A stretch of 64,000 nt of DNA from Octopus bimaculoides (taxonomy: Eukaryota): positions 108,389,025 through 108,453,024 of the forward strand of contig NC_068981.1 in the NCBI RefSeq assembly GCF_001194135.2, in the 5' to 3' direction. The number at the start of each line of letters is the position of its first letter. The stretch's first letter is position 1. A program made the position numbers and the translations under genes. This document shows positions 51,346-64,000 of this stretch, piece after piece. Under the pieces are notes generated by a model. That model made no database searches. It saw only the letters and a list, made by a program, of their open reading frames with translations, and was not told the DNA's origin.

Positions 51346-53424
51346 GATTGTGAAAAATATTTTCTAATATGATCCTTTTTGGGCAGCGGCAGCTCACTGT
51401 AATTTTCTGTTCTGCTTAAAATTTTATATATTTATTATTGGATTACAGAATTTTAAAAAGTGAATTTTGTTTGATTAACTTTTCAGTGTTGATTTATTAA
51501 TTAAGAAAATGGGCATAATTCTTGTTTAGGCATTCAAAGAATAAATGAATCAGTTTCAATATACAATTGAGCCAGCTAGTGAACTTTTGTTGGATTACCT
51601 CTTACTTAGTGGTATGTATATTTCTTCTGGTCTTTGTTAATGTTGTATGAAATAAGGTTCCTCTAATACATTTTGAATCAGCCTTTTTTAGCTAGAAAAG
51701 GCTTTACATTAGAAGTTACTCCTTATTACAATTCATCATACCATCTTTTAACTTTTACTTGGAAGACTAGTGTTTATTGGCACATTCTCAGGAGCCATTC
51801 TGCATTAAGCATCAAATAATATCTTGGGAAAAGAAAAGAACAAAACAAAAATGCAATATCCAGGCACTTAACAGAGTGGTTGCTTGAATATTTAACTTAT
51901 CTTGCCAGGTATTGTTCCAGCTGTGATATGGCTTAGAAATGTTTTTCTTGCATCAAATCTCTAAAACATGTCTAGCATAATACTTTTACACCTTCTTTTC
52001 ATACTACTACTTACACTTTCACTAAATGGGCTCTAACTAGTCATTGCAAATAAGTATAATGTACTACACAGTATGTGTTTGTAGTTAAATCCAACTGTGC
52101 TAGAGATAGATAAGAAATCCACACTAAACCTTAAAATCCAGGCAAAGTAGTGAGCTTTGGCATTGGTAAAAAGTAGAAGTTTTATTACTTCAAGTGCAAG
52201 AATAGAAATAAGAAAATTAAAGGCCTTGGTGGAGTGATACTGAAAATTGGGAACTGTTGATGTGAGAGGAAGTAAGTGTATGATTAAAGTTTGTAACTAG
52301 ACTCTCAGTGACATGGTTGAGAGTAATGGAAAACAAGGATAGTTCAATTGGTGCATGTACAAATAATGTGAGGTGGAGGAGGGAATGGCAAACTGTTGAC
52401 AAGAATGTTGAGAACAAAGAAAGAAAAAAAGGTTCTAAGGAGGATGAAAACATGGTGAAGTGTTGACTTGATATTGAAAGCAAAGAAAAAAGTTGGCATT
52501 GGAGAAAATGTAAATTTAATCCTTTAGCATTTAAACTGGCTATACCCAGCCCCAAATTTTCTACCTGTTTTATATTCAAACTCACCAGTTTTGGCCTCTC
52601 ACTCCTGTGTAACAATGTCATTATAAAAATCAACAATTACATCATGGAAATCTCAAAGCTATGAGATAATCCATGATTAATTCAAATGAATGTGAATGAA
52701 AATATATTACATTTGATTGAGTAATCTGAATGCTAAAAGGTTGAAGAATTGGTTGACTATGAGCGATGAAATTGAAGAGAGTGGATGCAAATGAATGAGA
52801 AGAGCAACAGGGTGAATGCAGTTTCTGCTTAAATATGTATTATATACATATCATGATTTTAGTTTTTAAATTGTTGAAATTTACTCAAGTTTCTGTAAGA
52901 GCAGAATAACTTCCTTAAATATGGAATTCCATAACTAGAATTTCCATAATGTAGAGGATGCTTGAATATTATAACAAGTAATTTCCCTATGCTGCATTTT
53001 CATGTTTGTTGCATTACAGTCCCAAAGAACAAATTGTTCACCACTGAATGCTCATCTTGATTTTTAGTCATTCATTCTAGATATATTTCAGCAACTTTTG
53101 AAATTGTATCTGTCAATACAGACTTTTTGGAGGCATTGAGCTCAGCCACATTTTTCTACAGAAGATCTTTTCCATATTTTGTTTTATAAATATTATTCCA
53201 ATAAGGCATCATGGTTATTATTAATATTTTTATGTCTCAGACCTTGTTATTTCTAGGGTAGAACCTATACAAAGGTAATAGGAAAAACTTATTCTATAAA
53301 ATATAAAATGGTGTCAGTTTTTTATATAATATTTTCATTGTTTATGGTTCAGGATTGAAACAAGGGCTAAAATGACCGATGATCATTGGACATATTCTGA
53401 CATCAATTCCTCCTAGCCAAAGAA

Positions 53425-55222
53425 TAAAAAGTTTTGAATGGTACAACAATGCACTATAATACAAAAAATGGACTATATACCTGTTGTAATTTAGTTATCT
53501 ATAGTCCAATGATATTTCGGAATACAATTCTTACTTCAGATATTCTTAGATAGAGTCTCTGCTACAAACTGTTTTCCAACGGCTTTTCTTTTTTTCAGAA
53601 GCGTCTCTGCAGTGGTCTCATGAAGCTCTTTCCAGAATTCTTCATGAGAAGTATGTGAGGTCGGCTATGTTTCAATCTCGTGTGTGTTGGTACATCTGTA
53701 GCGCTGCTTCTAAGTTATGTTATACATGCAGCTTCTTTTTTTTTTTTTCCCCTTCTTTTTTTTTGTTATAAACAATACATGAGCATGTTATCAACTCATT
53801 ACCGACCAGTGATCTCATATGAGATCACTTAAAAATTACAAATTTTGTAACTATCTGTTAATATTTACACATATCCAACCTTTTTGCTATATCTACTAGG
53901 TATATTTCTCTGATATTCAAATGAGGTTTGCTAATTTTTCACCCAATATCTCACTTATTTCTATTTAAAATGTTATTTTGATCATTCCATCGTGTTTCTG
54001 AGGCTGTTTTATGCTAGAAATCAAAGTTTCATAAAAAAATTCCAGTTAATAGAATTATGGGAGGTAATGGGTTAAGAATGAACCTATGCACATCCAGATG
54101 TAGCTAAATAATATATTGATTACCAGCTTCCATCCTGTTGTTAATTTGGGGTCCTAGTCTGTGTATGAGTAAAGCTTCCTTAATTCTTAAATTACCCAAA
54201 TTTCTTTCATTGGCCTCAATTGTGACTGTTATGCTCTTGTTCGTGTTCCGGCATCTGTCTAGATGTTTTCTGAAGGAGGAGGCTCTTGTGTTCAGATGTT
54301 TGATGCGGAGGTGTAACGGTCTTGTTGTGCTACCCACATAGAACTTGTTGCATTTGTTACATTATATTCTATACACAACATTTACCCGTTGGCATAAATC
54401 TGTGTCACGGATGGGACAATTTGTTAATGTGTATTGATTGTTGTCCCTTATTCGTTTCTTTGCGAGGTGTCTTCTCAGAGAGGGGCCGGAGTGGGTTAGT
54501 TGTATGTCTAGCCCTTCTCTTCGTATGGCTGTAGTTNNNNNNNNNNNNNNNNNNNNNNNNNNNNNNNNNNNNNNNNNNNNNNNNNNNNNNNNNNNNNNNN
54601 NNNNNNNNNNNNNNNNNNNNNNNNNNNNNNNNNNNNNNNNNNNNNNNNNNNNNNNNNNNNNNNNNNNNNNNNNNNNNNNNNNNNNNNNNNNNNNNNNNNN
54701 NNNNNNNNNNNNNNNNNNNNNNNNNNNNNNNNNNNNNNNNNNNNNNNNNNNNNNNNNNNNNNNNNNNNNNNNNNNNNNNNNNNNNNNNNNNNNNNNNNNN
54801 NNNNNNNNNNNNNNNNNNNNNNNNNNNNNNNNNNNNNNNNNNNNNNNNNNNNNNNNNNNNNNNNNNNNNNAGAACTCGGTGTGGATCTCCCCTTCTTCCG
54901 TTATATTCAGTCTGAAGTCAAGTATAACTTAGAAGCAGCGTTACAGATGTACCAACACACACGAGATTGAAACATAGCCGACCTCACACACTTCTCATGA
55001 GGAATTCCGGAAGGAGCTTCATGAGACCACTGCTGAGATGCTTCTGAATAAAGAAAAGCTGTTGGAAAACAGATTATAGCAGCGACTCCATCTAAGAATA
55101 TCTGAAGAAGGATTTGTATTCCGAAATATCATCGGACTATATATAACTAAATTACAACAGGTATATAGTCCATTTTTTGTATTATAGTGCATTGTTGCAC
55201 CATTCAAAACTTTTTATTCTTT
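53425..55222 (-). mobile_element. 5'-truncated Penelope-like element with inverted pseudo-LTR
   Basis: Minus strand LDFRLNITEEGEIHTEF (RT end), then a gap, then VVYRI*CNKCNKFYVGSTTRPLHLRIKHL...LRIKEALLIHRLGPQIN (GIY-YIG). ~295-bp inverted repeats at 53425-53715 and 54922-55222. Confidence 0.85.
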
Positions 55223-55267
55223 ATTAACATAATTGTTTAAAAAAACCATTTGTATCATCTACATTTT

Positions 55268-55842
55268 TGTTATGTCCTGCATTATAACAACGTACTTTGT
55301 CGTCTGCATGACTGGCCCAAACGGTGTACCTCGCCGGCTGACTTCAGTTGTTGTGCCTGTTCGCTATTTATTTGTGGTGGAACAGCCCATTTCTCTCACT
55401 CGGAGTATCCTCCAAAACACCTCCCCTTTTGAGATTTATTTTTTCTTCACACAGCATTATTATATATATATTTTTTATTATTCCATTCCTTTTATTCCAC
55501 ACACAGAATTATTATTTTTTTAACTATGTATTACAGCAAAATCTTTTTTCAATAGAATTTTTTTTCGTATTCTATTTCTTTTCTTCCCACATACATAATT
55601 TTTTTTTTCCTCTAGAATGCCCCAGTTAGTACCGTCTGTACATTGTTACCAGTAGCACTACTAACACATGAGTGACCTGACTAAAATCCTTCAGTGGACT
55701 TATATTATTTTTTCTGGTTTTTTTTTTTGTTTTTCACACAGAATTTTTTTTCTTCAGAATTATCCAGGTAGTATCAGCTCTACATTGTTACCGGTAGCGA
55801 TACCAACACATAGCGACCTGACTGAAATTCTTCAATGGACTT

Positions 55843-55889
<47 letters not shown>

Positions 55890-56530
55890 TTTTTTGTTCT
55901 TCTTCACACAGTATTATTAATATTGTTATTATTATTATCATTTTTTTATCTGTGTCCCACTGTTGCGGAGTGCATGAAATTTGAATCCTTGTCACCAGTG
56001 TTGTGTCTTGCGAAACTTTTATTGTTATATCTTCACTGTTATATCTTGCATGTGTTCGAATCCTTCTTCAACTGGATTTTTAATATTTTCACTGCATGTT
56101 GTTTGAATAATTCTTCAACAGGATTTTTACTATTTTTCACTGCTTTTAGTTCGAATCCTTCTTCAACAGGATTTTTAATATTTTTCTTTGTGTGTAGTTC
56201 AAATCTGTCCACAACAGGATTTTTAATATCTTTAGTTTGAATCCTTCTTCAACACTGTTATGTCTCGAATGTGTTCGAATTTTTGTCGCTACTGTTGTGT
56301 CTTTAGTTAGCAATTTCAAACATTCCTTGTTGCCACTGTTGTGTCTTCACTGTGTGTAGTTCGAATTCTCATCACCACTGTTATGTCCCGCATTATAATG
56401 ATGTACTTTGTCATCTGCGTGACTGGCTTGAATAGCGTACATTGCCGGCTGACTCCAGTTGGTGTGTCTGTCTGCTGTTTATTTGTGGTGGAACAGCCCA
56501 CTTCTCTCACTCAGGGTGTCCTCCACAACA
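55268..56530 (-). mobile_element. Complete non-autonomous mini LTR retroelement (TRIM-like)
   Basis: 152-bp direct repeats TGTTAT...AACA at 55268-55419 and 56379-56530. 5-bp TSD ATTTT on both sides. PBS-like TGGTGATGAGAATTCGAAC (56359-56377, minus). PPT AAAAGGGGAGG (55420-55430, minus). No gag/pol recognised. Confidence 0.85.
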
Positions 56531-58458
56531 ATTTTTAGTAAAAGTTCATGAAGAATTTCCAATCTTTACTTGATTGTATATACTTTAATCATAAACCTGT
56601 TTGAGCAGGTATTTGAGACCTTAGTTGATAAAGTGTATTAGTTTCAGTAAGAAAAAAATAGACAATCTCTATAAGTGTACAACACATTTTGTCTGAGATG
56701 AAAGACAAAGTGCTTCTGTGTGTCAACTGTGTCAACTGTTGATGACAATGAAGTCTCAGTCTGGAAAATAGTCATATTTATGCTTGTCTAATTATGTTTA
56801 GGGTTACATGTGAGAGAAATTACACCCCATTTTGACACACTAACTTCAGTACAAAAATGATAAATTTAAAATAATATCAATATGTATGTTCATGTTTGTT
56901 TATTATGTGTTTGTTGTATAGCCCAAAGTCAGTTCTGATCAAACTGAATTATGGCCCACTTACAGTCAACCAAACAATTATGTGCAATCCACGGGTCTGT
57001 TCTAATTATATTATACCACCATCTGACTGAGGACCATAGTGTACATTCTAAGACCAACGAGTAAATTGTATGGGGTGTAGTGTAATAGTCTGAATGTTTT
57101 ACACTCTCTTGTATGCTTGTAGATTCTGGTGACAGCCAGGGTGGAGGTAAAGGAATTTGATTCTCAGAATATGAGCATTTTTGTTCCTTTACACTTATCA
57201 GTGGTGGTTTACATTCCGGCAGTCTTTGGCACGAGTGATGCTACAGCTATTTCTGTGTGTACCAGTTTTTATGTTTATCTGCACTGAGTAGGAGAGATAT
57301 TGTTTTTAAGATGTAGTGGTGCTGTATATTTTGGTGTCTGAAGTTAGTTTTTCATACAGTGACAGGGGAAATATGCTGTGTTACAAATGTGCCTGTCATT
57401 AAGTTGGTATTTAAGATGGTGAGCTGGCAAAACTGTTAATACACTGGGCAAAATGTTTAGTGGCATTTCGTCTTCACGTTCTGTGTCATTCTGCTAAGGT
57501 TAACTTTGCCTTTCATCCTTTCAGGGTCGATAAAATAAGTACCAGTTAAGCACTGGGGGCGATGTAATCAACTTTGCCCCTTCCACAAAATTGTTGGCCT
57601 TGTGCCAAAAATTGAAATTATTATTAAGCTAGTCTCTAGAACATAAGTTAACATGAAATAATGATGGAAGGTTTTAATTGAGATCACTTTAAAATGGTAA
57701 GTCTGTATCATAGAACAAGGGACACTCTTGGATGGTTTGGTACCAAAAGGGTACTTTTCGTTTTGTTGTGAATATGGTCTATGTACAAACTATGATGTCA
57801 TGTGTAGTGAGTTGTTTTATGTTCTTTGTAGTTTATTAAGACTTTTTGTAGAGAAACTGGGAACGCAGATACAATTGTTATAATCCATAATATATTGTTT
57901 AAACACACTGTATCTGTGAGTTATCTGAATGTGTTTTGCATTGTTTTGATTTCCTTATTATGTTTTCTGCTCTCTGTGAATGCAGTGGTGCTGTTGTCAA
58001 CCATAAAATGATATTTCTTGAAGGTGTGAAATGTTTTCTGTCTGTAATAGTACAGCCAGCCGTCACTCACGAGCGAGTATGGCTTGATAACATACCAAGT
58101 TTTCACTAACTGTTTTAGGTCTCTACTCTTGAGGAAGAGAGGGTTGTACTATCATCCCACTGGAACCCATTAAGTTAGAGAAATGTGAAAGGAAATATCT
58201 TGCTCATGGGTACAATGTACTTCTTGGTCTAGGAATTAAACCCACGGTCTTTGGAACATGAGCCAAACACCCTTGTTGCTGCTGGATCACGCTTCTTCAC
58301 GCTCCGTGTAGTAGCTTAATTTCAGTATTTTAAAACGGGAAACGATACAAGCAAAACAACTCAAATTTTATCCTTAGGAGTTATCTCCCTTTAAAGTATG
58401 AGCCAGTGTTTTTGGTGACAGTTACTTTTGAGTTTTGAAAACGTACATACGAAAGAGT

Positions 58459-58935
58459 GTCAATTGGGTGCGCTTTTGGCGCGTGATCTACAAGGGAGAT
58501 TACTTTAGGTTACATTTTAGCTTTTCAATTTCTAAAAACCCGTATGATGTTGGCTAAAGATTTTTACAATGTGATCAGCCACGAGACGAAGGTAGTCGCA
58601 TTTTTACGAGAAACCAGTACTAAATTCACATCATTTCTTAAGAAAAAGAAACGTGATACTTTGTCGTGCAATCTACAATTTAAAGGGAGATTACTTTAGG
58701 TTACTTTTTAGTTTACTTTGTGTTAGTGTTACATTCCGTGTGACCTATGTGAGCAAATTTACTTTGGTGGGTGATCTACGCGTTTATTTTAATTATTATA
58801 TGGTTTTCTTATTAAAAGAGTAAGAATTTTGAAAAAATACATTTACAATGTTAAGTATGTACAAAATAATTTAAAAAGTAACTTAAAGTATTCTCCCTTG
58901 TAGACCACACACCAAAGGAGCACCACCAATTGTCT
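58459..58935. mobile_element. MITE-like element with ~60-bp inverted ends, related to the neighbouring Merlin remnant
   Basis: caattgggtgcgcttttggcgcgtgatctacaagggagattactttaggttac at ~58459-58520 and an imperfect reverse complement at ~58872-58935. Motif aagggagattactttaggttacttttt recurs at ~58683 and ~59495. Confidence 0.6.
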
Positions 58936-59569
58936 TAAATTATTATCCTTGAACGTATAGCTCAGGCAGAGGCATGCACTTTATATTTTATATAATTTAA
59001 ATTTTCATGTTTCCGATTGCCAAACTATTTGTCGTTTATGACATGTAACTAAGAGTTCGCAGTTTCAGTTTGAAATTATATAAAAAAAATATACATTTCA
59101 TATTATTAAATTTGTAAGTCCATTACTCCCGACCGCCCTATCGTCACCGCTTGAAATTATTTCATTGTTCTAATCTTAACAAACTTATGTTGTTTCTAGT
59201 TACTGTCCTTGTCATCGATGACGACTTCTCGGCTCTTAAGGTATGTTTTGATCACTGCATCAGACATTGACTTAATATCCTTATACTTCTTCGCCTCTCC
59301 AATCATAGCATCACTTTAAATGACTTCTTTCACTCAAATGATTTCTGAGAGGAATTGAATGGAGTAGGCATGGTTATCAAGATATATCACTATTACACCA
59401 ACTTGTTTATAAATTATATTGAGATCTTTATTTTCACCTATTTTACAAGACCAATCTATATGGTCACTATATCGATGATAATGTTGGTTTCTTAAGGGGA
59501 GATTACTTTAGGTTACTTTTTAGTTTACTTCGGCGTGTGATCTATGTGAGCAAATTTACTTTGGTGTGT

Positions 59570-59990
59570 TATACTTTTATCGAGGAACTGAGCGAACATC
59601 TACTTGAAACGTAAGAAAAAGGTCTTCAGCACTCTTCCTCATCTGCAGCCAACAGAAATAATCAAGATGAAATTGGAAAGTTCTTTGGCTCACTCTACAT
59701 CTTTTTCAAAATACGAATTTTCAAATCCAACCAGATTCTTTCAATTGCTTGAGTATTGGTTCCAGTGTTTGGATCAGCATAAGGTCTTTGGTGGTTGACA
59801 GCTGAATGGCGGAAATTTAGATGATTTAGATTGGAGTATGCTGGCCATTCGTCGGAATGAATTATCAAATTTTCTGCAATTTCTCATTGAATTATGGACT
59901 CAAGTATTTCACGATTTCTTTTTTCTACATGAAAATAGCGGCAATCTGCACCTTTCTTCAATCTAAATTCCTTCCATCTATTAAGATTTA
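59570..59990 (-). mobile_element. Second, divergent Merlin-type transposase remnant
   Basis: Manual minus-strand translation IIHSDEWPAYSNLNHLNFRHSAVNHQRPYADPNTGTNTQAIERIWLDLKIRILKKM, with in-frame stops. Confidence 0.75.
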
Positions 59991-61144
59991 CTTCTATTTG
60001 ACCATTAACTTGTGTAAAAAAAAATATTTTTAATATCTAATGGTTTTTTCTTCGGGCTGAGTTTTTTAAATTTAATTTCATAAGTCCAACGGTTTTTTTT
60101 TTAAATGTACAGCGTTCCGTACTGGTTCGTTATCTAACTTCATAGGATAACATCCTAAATTAGCATCAATTCTCATTTACTTTGTCTTCTAACGGTTTCA
60201 ATACCGATATGCTATACAGTTTCATTACGTATCATGTCTTTTCAACTTGTTTTTTTACATGTAATTATAGGACAACTACGAATGTTGCCTATGAATGTTG
60301 TCTATGTTTACTGTCTGCAATGAATCAATCCGACCCTGAAGAGATACAATATTCCATATTTTATAATATGCATGAATTGATCTGGATATTGCATCGAAAT
60401 GATCATAGGTCATAATAAAGCTTTTACAATGGATCGTATTTTAGCTCTTATTTAAATCGATATAATATATATATAAATATAATATATATATGTAATATAG
60501 ATGTATATATAAAATATATATATAATTTATATATATATAAAATATATGTACAAAATATTTATATTATATATATATTTATATATATATTATATCGATTTAA
60601 ATAAGAGCTAAAATACGATCCATTGTAAAAGCTTTATTATGACCTATGATCATTTCGATGCAATATCCNNNNNNNNNNNNNNNNNNNNNNNNNNNNNNNN
60701 NNNNNNNNNNNNNNNNNNNNNNNNNNNNNNNNNNNNNNNNNNNNNNNNNNNNNNNNNNNNNNNNNNNNNNNNNNNNNNNNNNNNNNNNNNNNNNNNNNNN
60801 NNNNNNNNNNNNNNNNNNNNNNNNNNNNNNNNNNNNNNNNNNNNNNNNNNNNNNNNNNNNNNNNNNNNNNNNNNNNNNNNNNNNNNNNNNNNNNNNNNNN
60901 NNNNNNNNNNNNNNNNNNNNNNNNNNNNNNNNNNNNNNNNNNNNNNNNNNNNNNNNNNNNNNNNNNNNNNNNNNNNNNNNNNNNNNNNNNNNNNNNNNNN
61001 NNNNNNNNNNNNNNNTAATAATAATAATAATAATAATAATAATAAGAAGAAGAAGAAGAAGAAGAATCATAATCATAATAATGATAAAGGAAAATACAAA
61101 ATTTACCAAATTTACCATTTTTATGAAAGGAGAAAAATTCTACT

Positions 61145-61560
61145 ATTTTTGTGTTGAATGATATTTCGTAGGAGCTTCTGGGTAAACACTATTCTTTGTT
61201 TTCTGGTTTGGAGCATAGACAAATAAGTCTTGCAATCTACCAACTCTGGAGTAAAAAACATATGTAAAGCAAACCAGTTCATTACAAAGTCTGACCTTGA
61301 GCTTTATTAATAAACATTGCAAAGCAATGTTGCAATGAAATTGCATTCGTTTGAACTCAAATGGCATGTCGGTTGGTTTGATTGGATTTCTTGGAATGAA
61401 AACCTCTTCCCCAGTGGCATATCCAGTGACGATTGTAACTTCTGTCACATTAGGTAGTAATGTCTTTACAATTAACTTTGTCCCATTGCATAATTTAGGA
61501 GGATCAAATGATAAGGTGGCATTGGCACAACACTTCTGCTGAACCTGAGTCTTTGCTTAT
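61145..61560 (-). mobile_element. Helitron Pif1-like helicase C-terminal fragment
   Basis: DPPKLCNGTKLIVKTLLPNV then TIVTGYATGEEVFIPRNPIKPTDMPFEFKRMQF...YSRVGRLQDLFVYAPNQKTKNSVYPEA, with frameshifts. Confidence 0.88.
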
Positions 61561-62132
61561 GTTACAAATTGGACTGTCATTTGTGAACAGGTTTAGTGGT
61601 AATTTAAAAGCAGAATGAGGTGTTCGTCCTCCTGGGAGAATGGTGGCAGCAAAGCCAGACAATGCTACAGCTACTACAATTCTTTTTTATTCCCTTGACT
61701 TGGAGAGAAGCAATGTTGTTACAAATGTTTTACCTGTGCCACGACGAGCATCAAGAAAGAAAATTCCTCTGCTTTTTTCTGACGATTGTGGAATGCAGCA
61801 CGCGCGCGCGCGCGCACACACAGATACATATACATACAGTATCAAACATCAGATCAAATGGACGTGTGTATGTGTATGTGTGTGAGAGAGAAAGAGAGAG
61901 AGTGAAGGAGTGTGTTGTCATGTATACGCACATACAAAAATAAATAAGCATACATCTTTTTTGTATGTATGTGTTTGCGCGCGCATAAGAGAGAGAGAGA
62001 TAGAGAAAGGGAGAGTGAGTGCCACTTAGACATCACTATCTCTCTCTGTGTCTATCTCACACACACACGCACACATACATGCAAAAAGATGTATGCATAT
62101 GTATTTATGCATGTACGCATACATAACATACC

Positions 62133-62181
<49 letters not shown>

Positions 62182-63489
62182 NNNNNNNNNNNNNNNNNNN
62201 NNNNNNNNNNNNNNNNNNNNNNNNNNNNNNNNNNNNNNNNNNNNNNNNNNNNNNNNNNNNNNNNNNNNNNNNNNNNNNNNNNNNNNNNNNNNNNNNNNNN
62301 NNNNNNNNNNNNNNNNNNNNNNNNNNNNNNNNNNNNNNNNNNNNNNNNNNNNNNNNNNNNNNNNNNNNNNNNNNNNNNNNNNNNNNNNNNNNNNNNNNNN
62401 NNNNNNNNNNNNNNNNNNNNNNNNNNNNNNNNNNNNNNNNNNNNNNNNNNNNNNNNNNNNNNNNNNNNNNNNNNNNNNNNNNNNNNNNNNNNNNNNNNNN
62501 NNNNNNNNNNNNNNNNNNNNNNNNNNNNNNNNNNNNNNNNNNNNNNNNNNNNNNNNNNNNNNNNNNNNNNNNNNNNNNNNNNNNNNNNNNNNNNNNNNNN
62601 NNNNNNNNNNNNNNNNNNNNNNNNNNNNNNNNNNNNNNNNNNNNNNNNNNNNNNNNNNNNNNNNNNNNNNNNNNNNNNNNNNNNNNNNNNNNNNNNNNNN
62701 NNNNNNNNNNNNNNNNNNNNNNNNNNNNNNNNNNNNNNNNNNNNNNNNNNNNNNNNNNNNNNNNNNNNNNNNNNNNNNNNNNNNNNNNNNNNNNNNNNNN
62801 NNNNNNNNNNNNNNNNNNNNNNNNNNNNNNNNNNNNNNNNNNNNNNNNNNNNNNNNNNNNNNNNNNNNNNNNNNNNNNNNNNNNNNNNNNNNNNNNNNNN
62901 NNNNNNNNNNNNNNNNNNNNNNNNNNNNNNNNNNNNNNNNNNNNNNNNNNNNNNNNNNNNNNNNNNNNNNNNNNNNNNNNNNNNNNNNNNNNNNNNNNNN
63001 NNNNNNNNNNNNNNNNNNNNNNNNNNNNNNNNNNNNNNNNNNNNNNNNNNNNNNNNNNNNNNNNNNNNNNNNNNNNNNNNNNNNNNTTCTATTTTGATAA
63101 ATTCTCTCTGTTGAAAATTATATTTTTATATTTTAAATAATTTGCAATTTCAGGAAATATGGTTTTATATTAAATTTGTGTTTTCTACTCACGACTAGCT
63201 AACGCGGACGCGCGAACTTTCGAGTAATAGATAGAGAGACAGACAGACAGACAGACATATAGCTCGCTCCGGCCAGTCATAGTATTAGCTGTCAGTAGCC
63301 AAAGAATCGACAGGCCAGCAACAGGCAGACAGACAGATACTTCACTAGCAGGCAGTGAGCACTTTCACTTCTGACAGCTAATAGCATGATAGTGCCAATA
63401 CTTCTTTCAGGAATTTATCGTAGTCGTTTACAAATAGAAAATTAAAACTTGAAATGAAAACATTAAAATGGAGAAAGAGAGAGAGAGAG

Positions 63490-63772
63490 AGAGAGACTTC
63501 GCTGTTTTTACGTCAATAACGAAAGTTGACATTGAGAAACCGTTTTAAGGAAGTGAATCATAAATATAAAACAATATTATTTATTTCTAATAAAAATATA
63601 AACTGATGTGCCTATTAGGTATCCGAGGTCAAATTATTCATGCAGCCGAAGTAAGGAAGCAATTCGTGCAGCCGTTTTCGCGTGAAAAGCGAACACACAC
63701 AAAGATGCCTATTTTATATAGTAAGGGATTATATATATTCTAGCTGACACCATGCCGTCAAAAATGACGGCT
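63490..63772 (-). mobile_element. Helitron 5' end abutting a second Helitron-like 3' end
   Basis: Reverse complement resembles 5410-5640. Immediately beyond it is hairpin gccgtca-aaaa-tgacggc (63754-63771) plus CTAG (63740-63743) on the minus strand. Confidence 0.6.
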
Positions 63773-63952
63773 AATTGTAGAATGTAAAAGGGTACAAAAG
63801 AATGAAAAAAAAAATCAGTGTTTCAACTCTCTGTGAGTGTTTGTGTGTGTGTGTGCATATGCATACATTTATATGCATGAGTAGCACAGTCGGTGGCGAA
63901 CGCGGTTTTCTATACTTTGTCACAGCCCTCTTCCTTCCTTTTTAAGTGTGTC

Positions 63953-64000
<48 letters not shown>

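Noticed and set aside
55668-56240. 190-aa hydrophobic ORF inside the mini LTR element
   Set aside because: Produced by (ATT)n and T-rich tandem units on the non-sense strand of the element; no protein motif.
60384-60668. Apparently perfect ~85-bp inverted repeat around a TA-rich spacer
   Set aside because: It looks identical by eye, pivots in a self-complementary (TA)n tract and runs straight into a gap, so it is most likely an assembler turn-around artefact.
61969-63114. Long ORFs of 349-381 aa (also at 49013, 54438, 60597-61161)
   Set aside because: Open only because they cross N-gaps and microsatellites.

Overview
AT-rich, repeat-dense eukaryotic draft scaffold with 8 N-gaps. The SINE/RTE repertoire looks cephalopod (probably Octopus); this is inference from memory, not a search. 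Three host genes are supported. (1) The large first coding exon of an Ajuba/LIMD1/WTIP-family LIM protein (minus, 15442-13540); its LIM exons were not found in the window. (2) A complete 4-exon SmF/SNRPF gene (minus, 88 aa, one GC-AG intron). (3) A complete 4-exon MED20 gene (plus, 206 aa), head-to-head with SmF, with 587 bp between start codons. The rest is mobile DNA: RTE and CR1-like LINE fragments, tRNA-derived SINEs, two Penelope-like elements with inverted terminal copies, a mariner, a Tc1/mariner MITE, two Merlin-type DDE elements, Helitrons and a complete TRIM-like mini LTR element. The strongest hunt result is a pair of type I hammerhead ribozyme motifs in a Penelope-like element in MED20 intron 3. 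They show a compensatory base-pair change in helix I; the copy antisense to MED20 keeps a cleavable GUA and the sense copy has a non-cleavable GUG. All alignments and folds were done by eye, and repeat boundaries are approximate unless TSDs are given.
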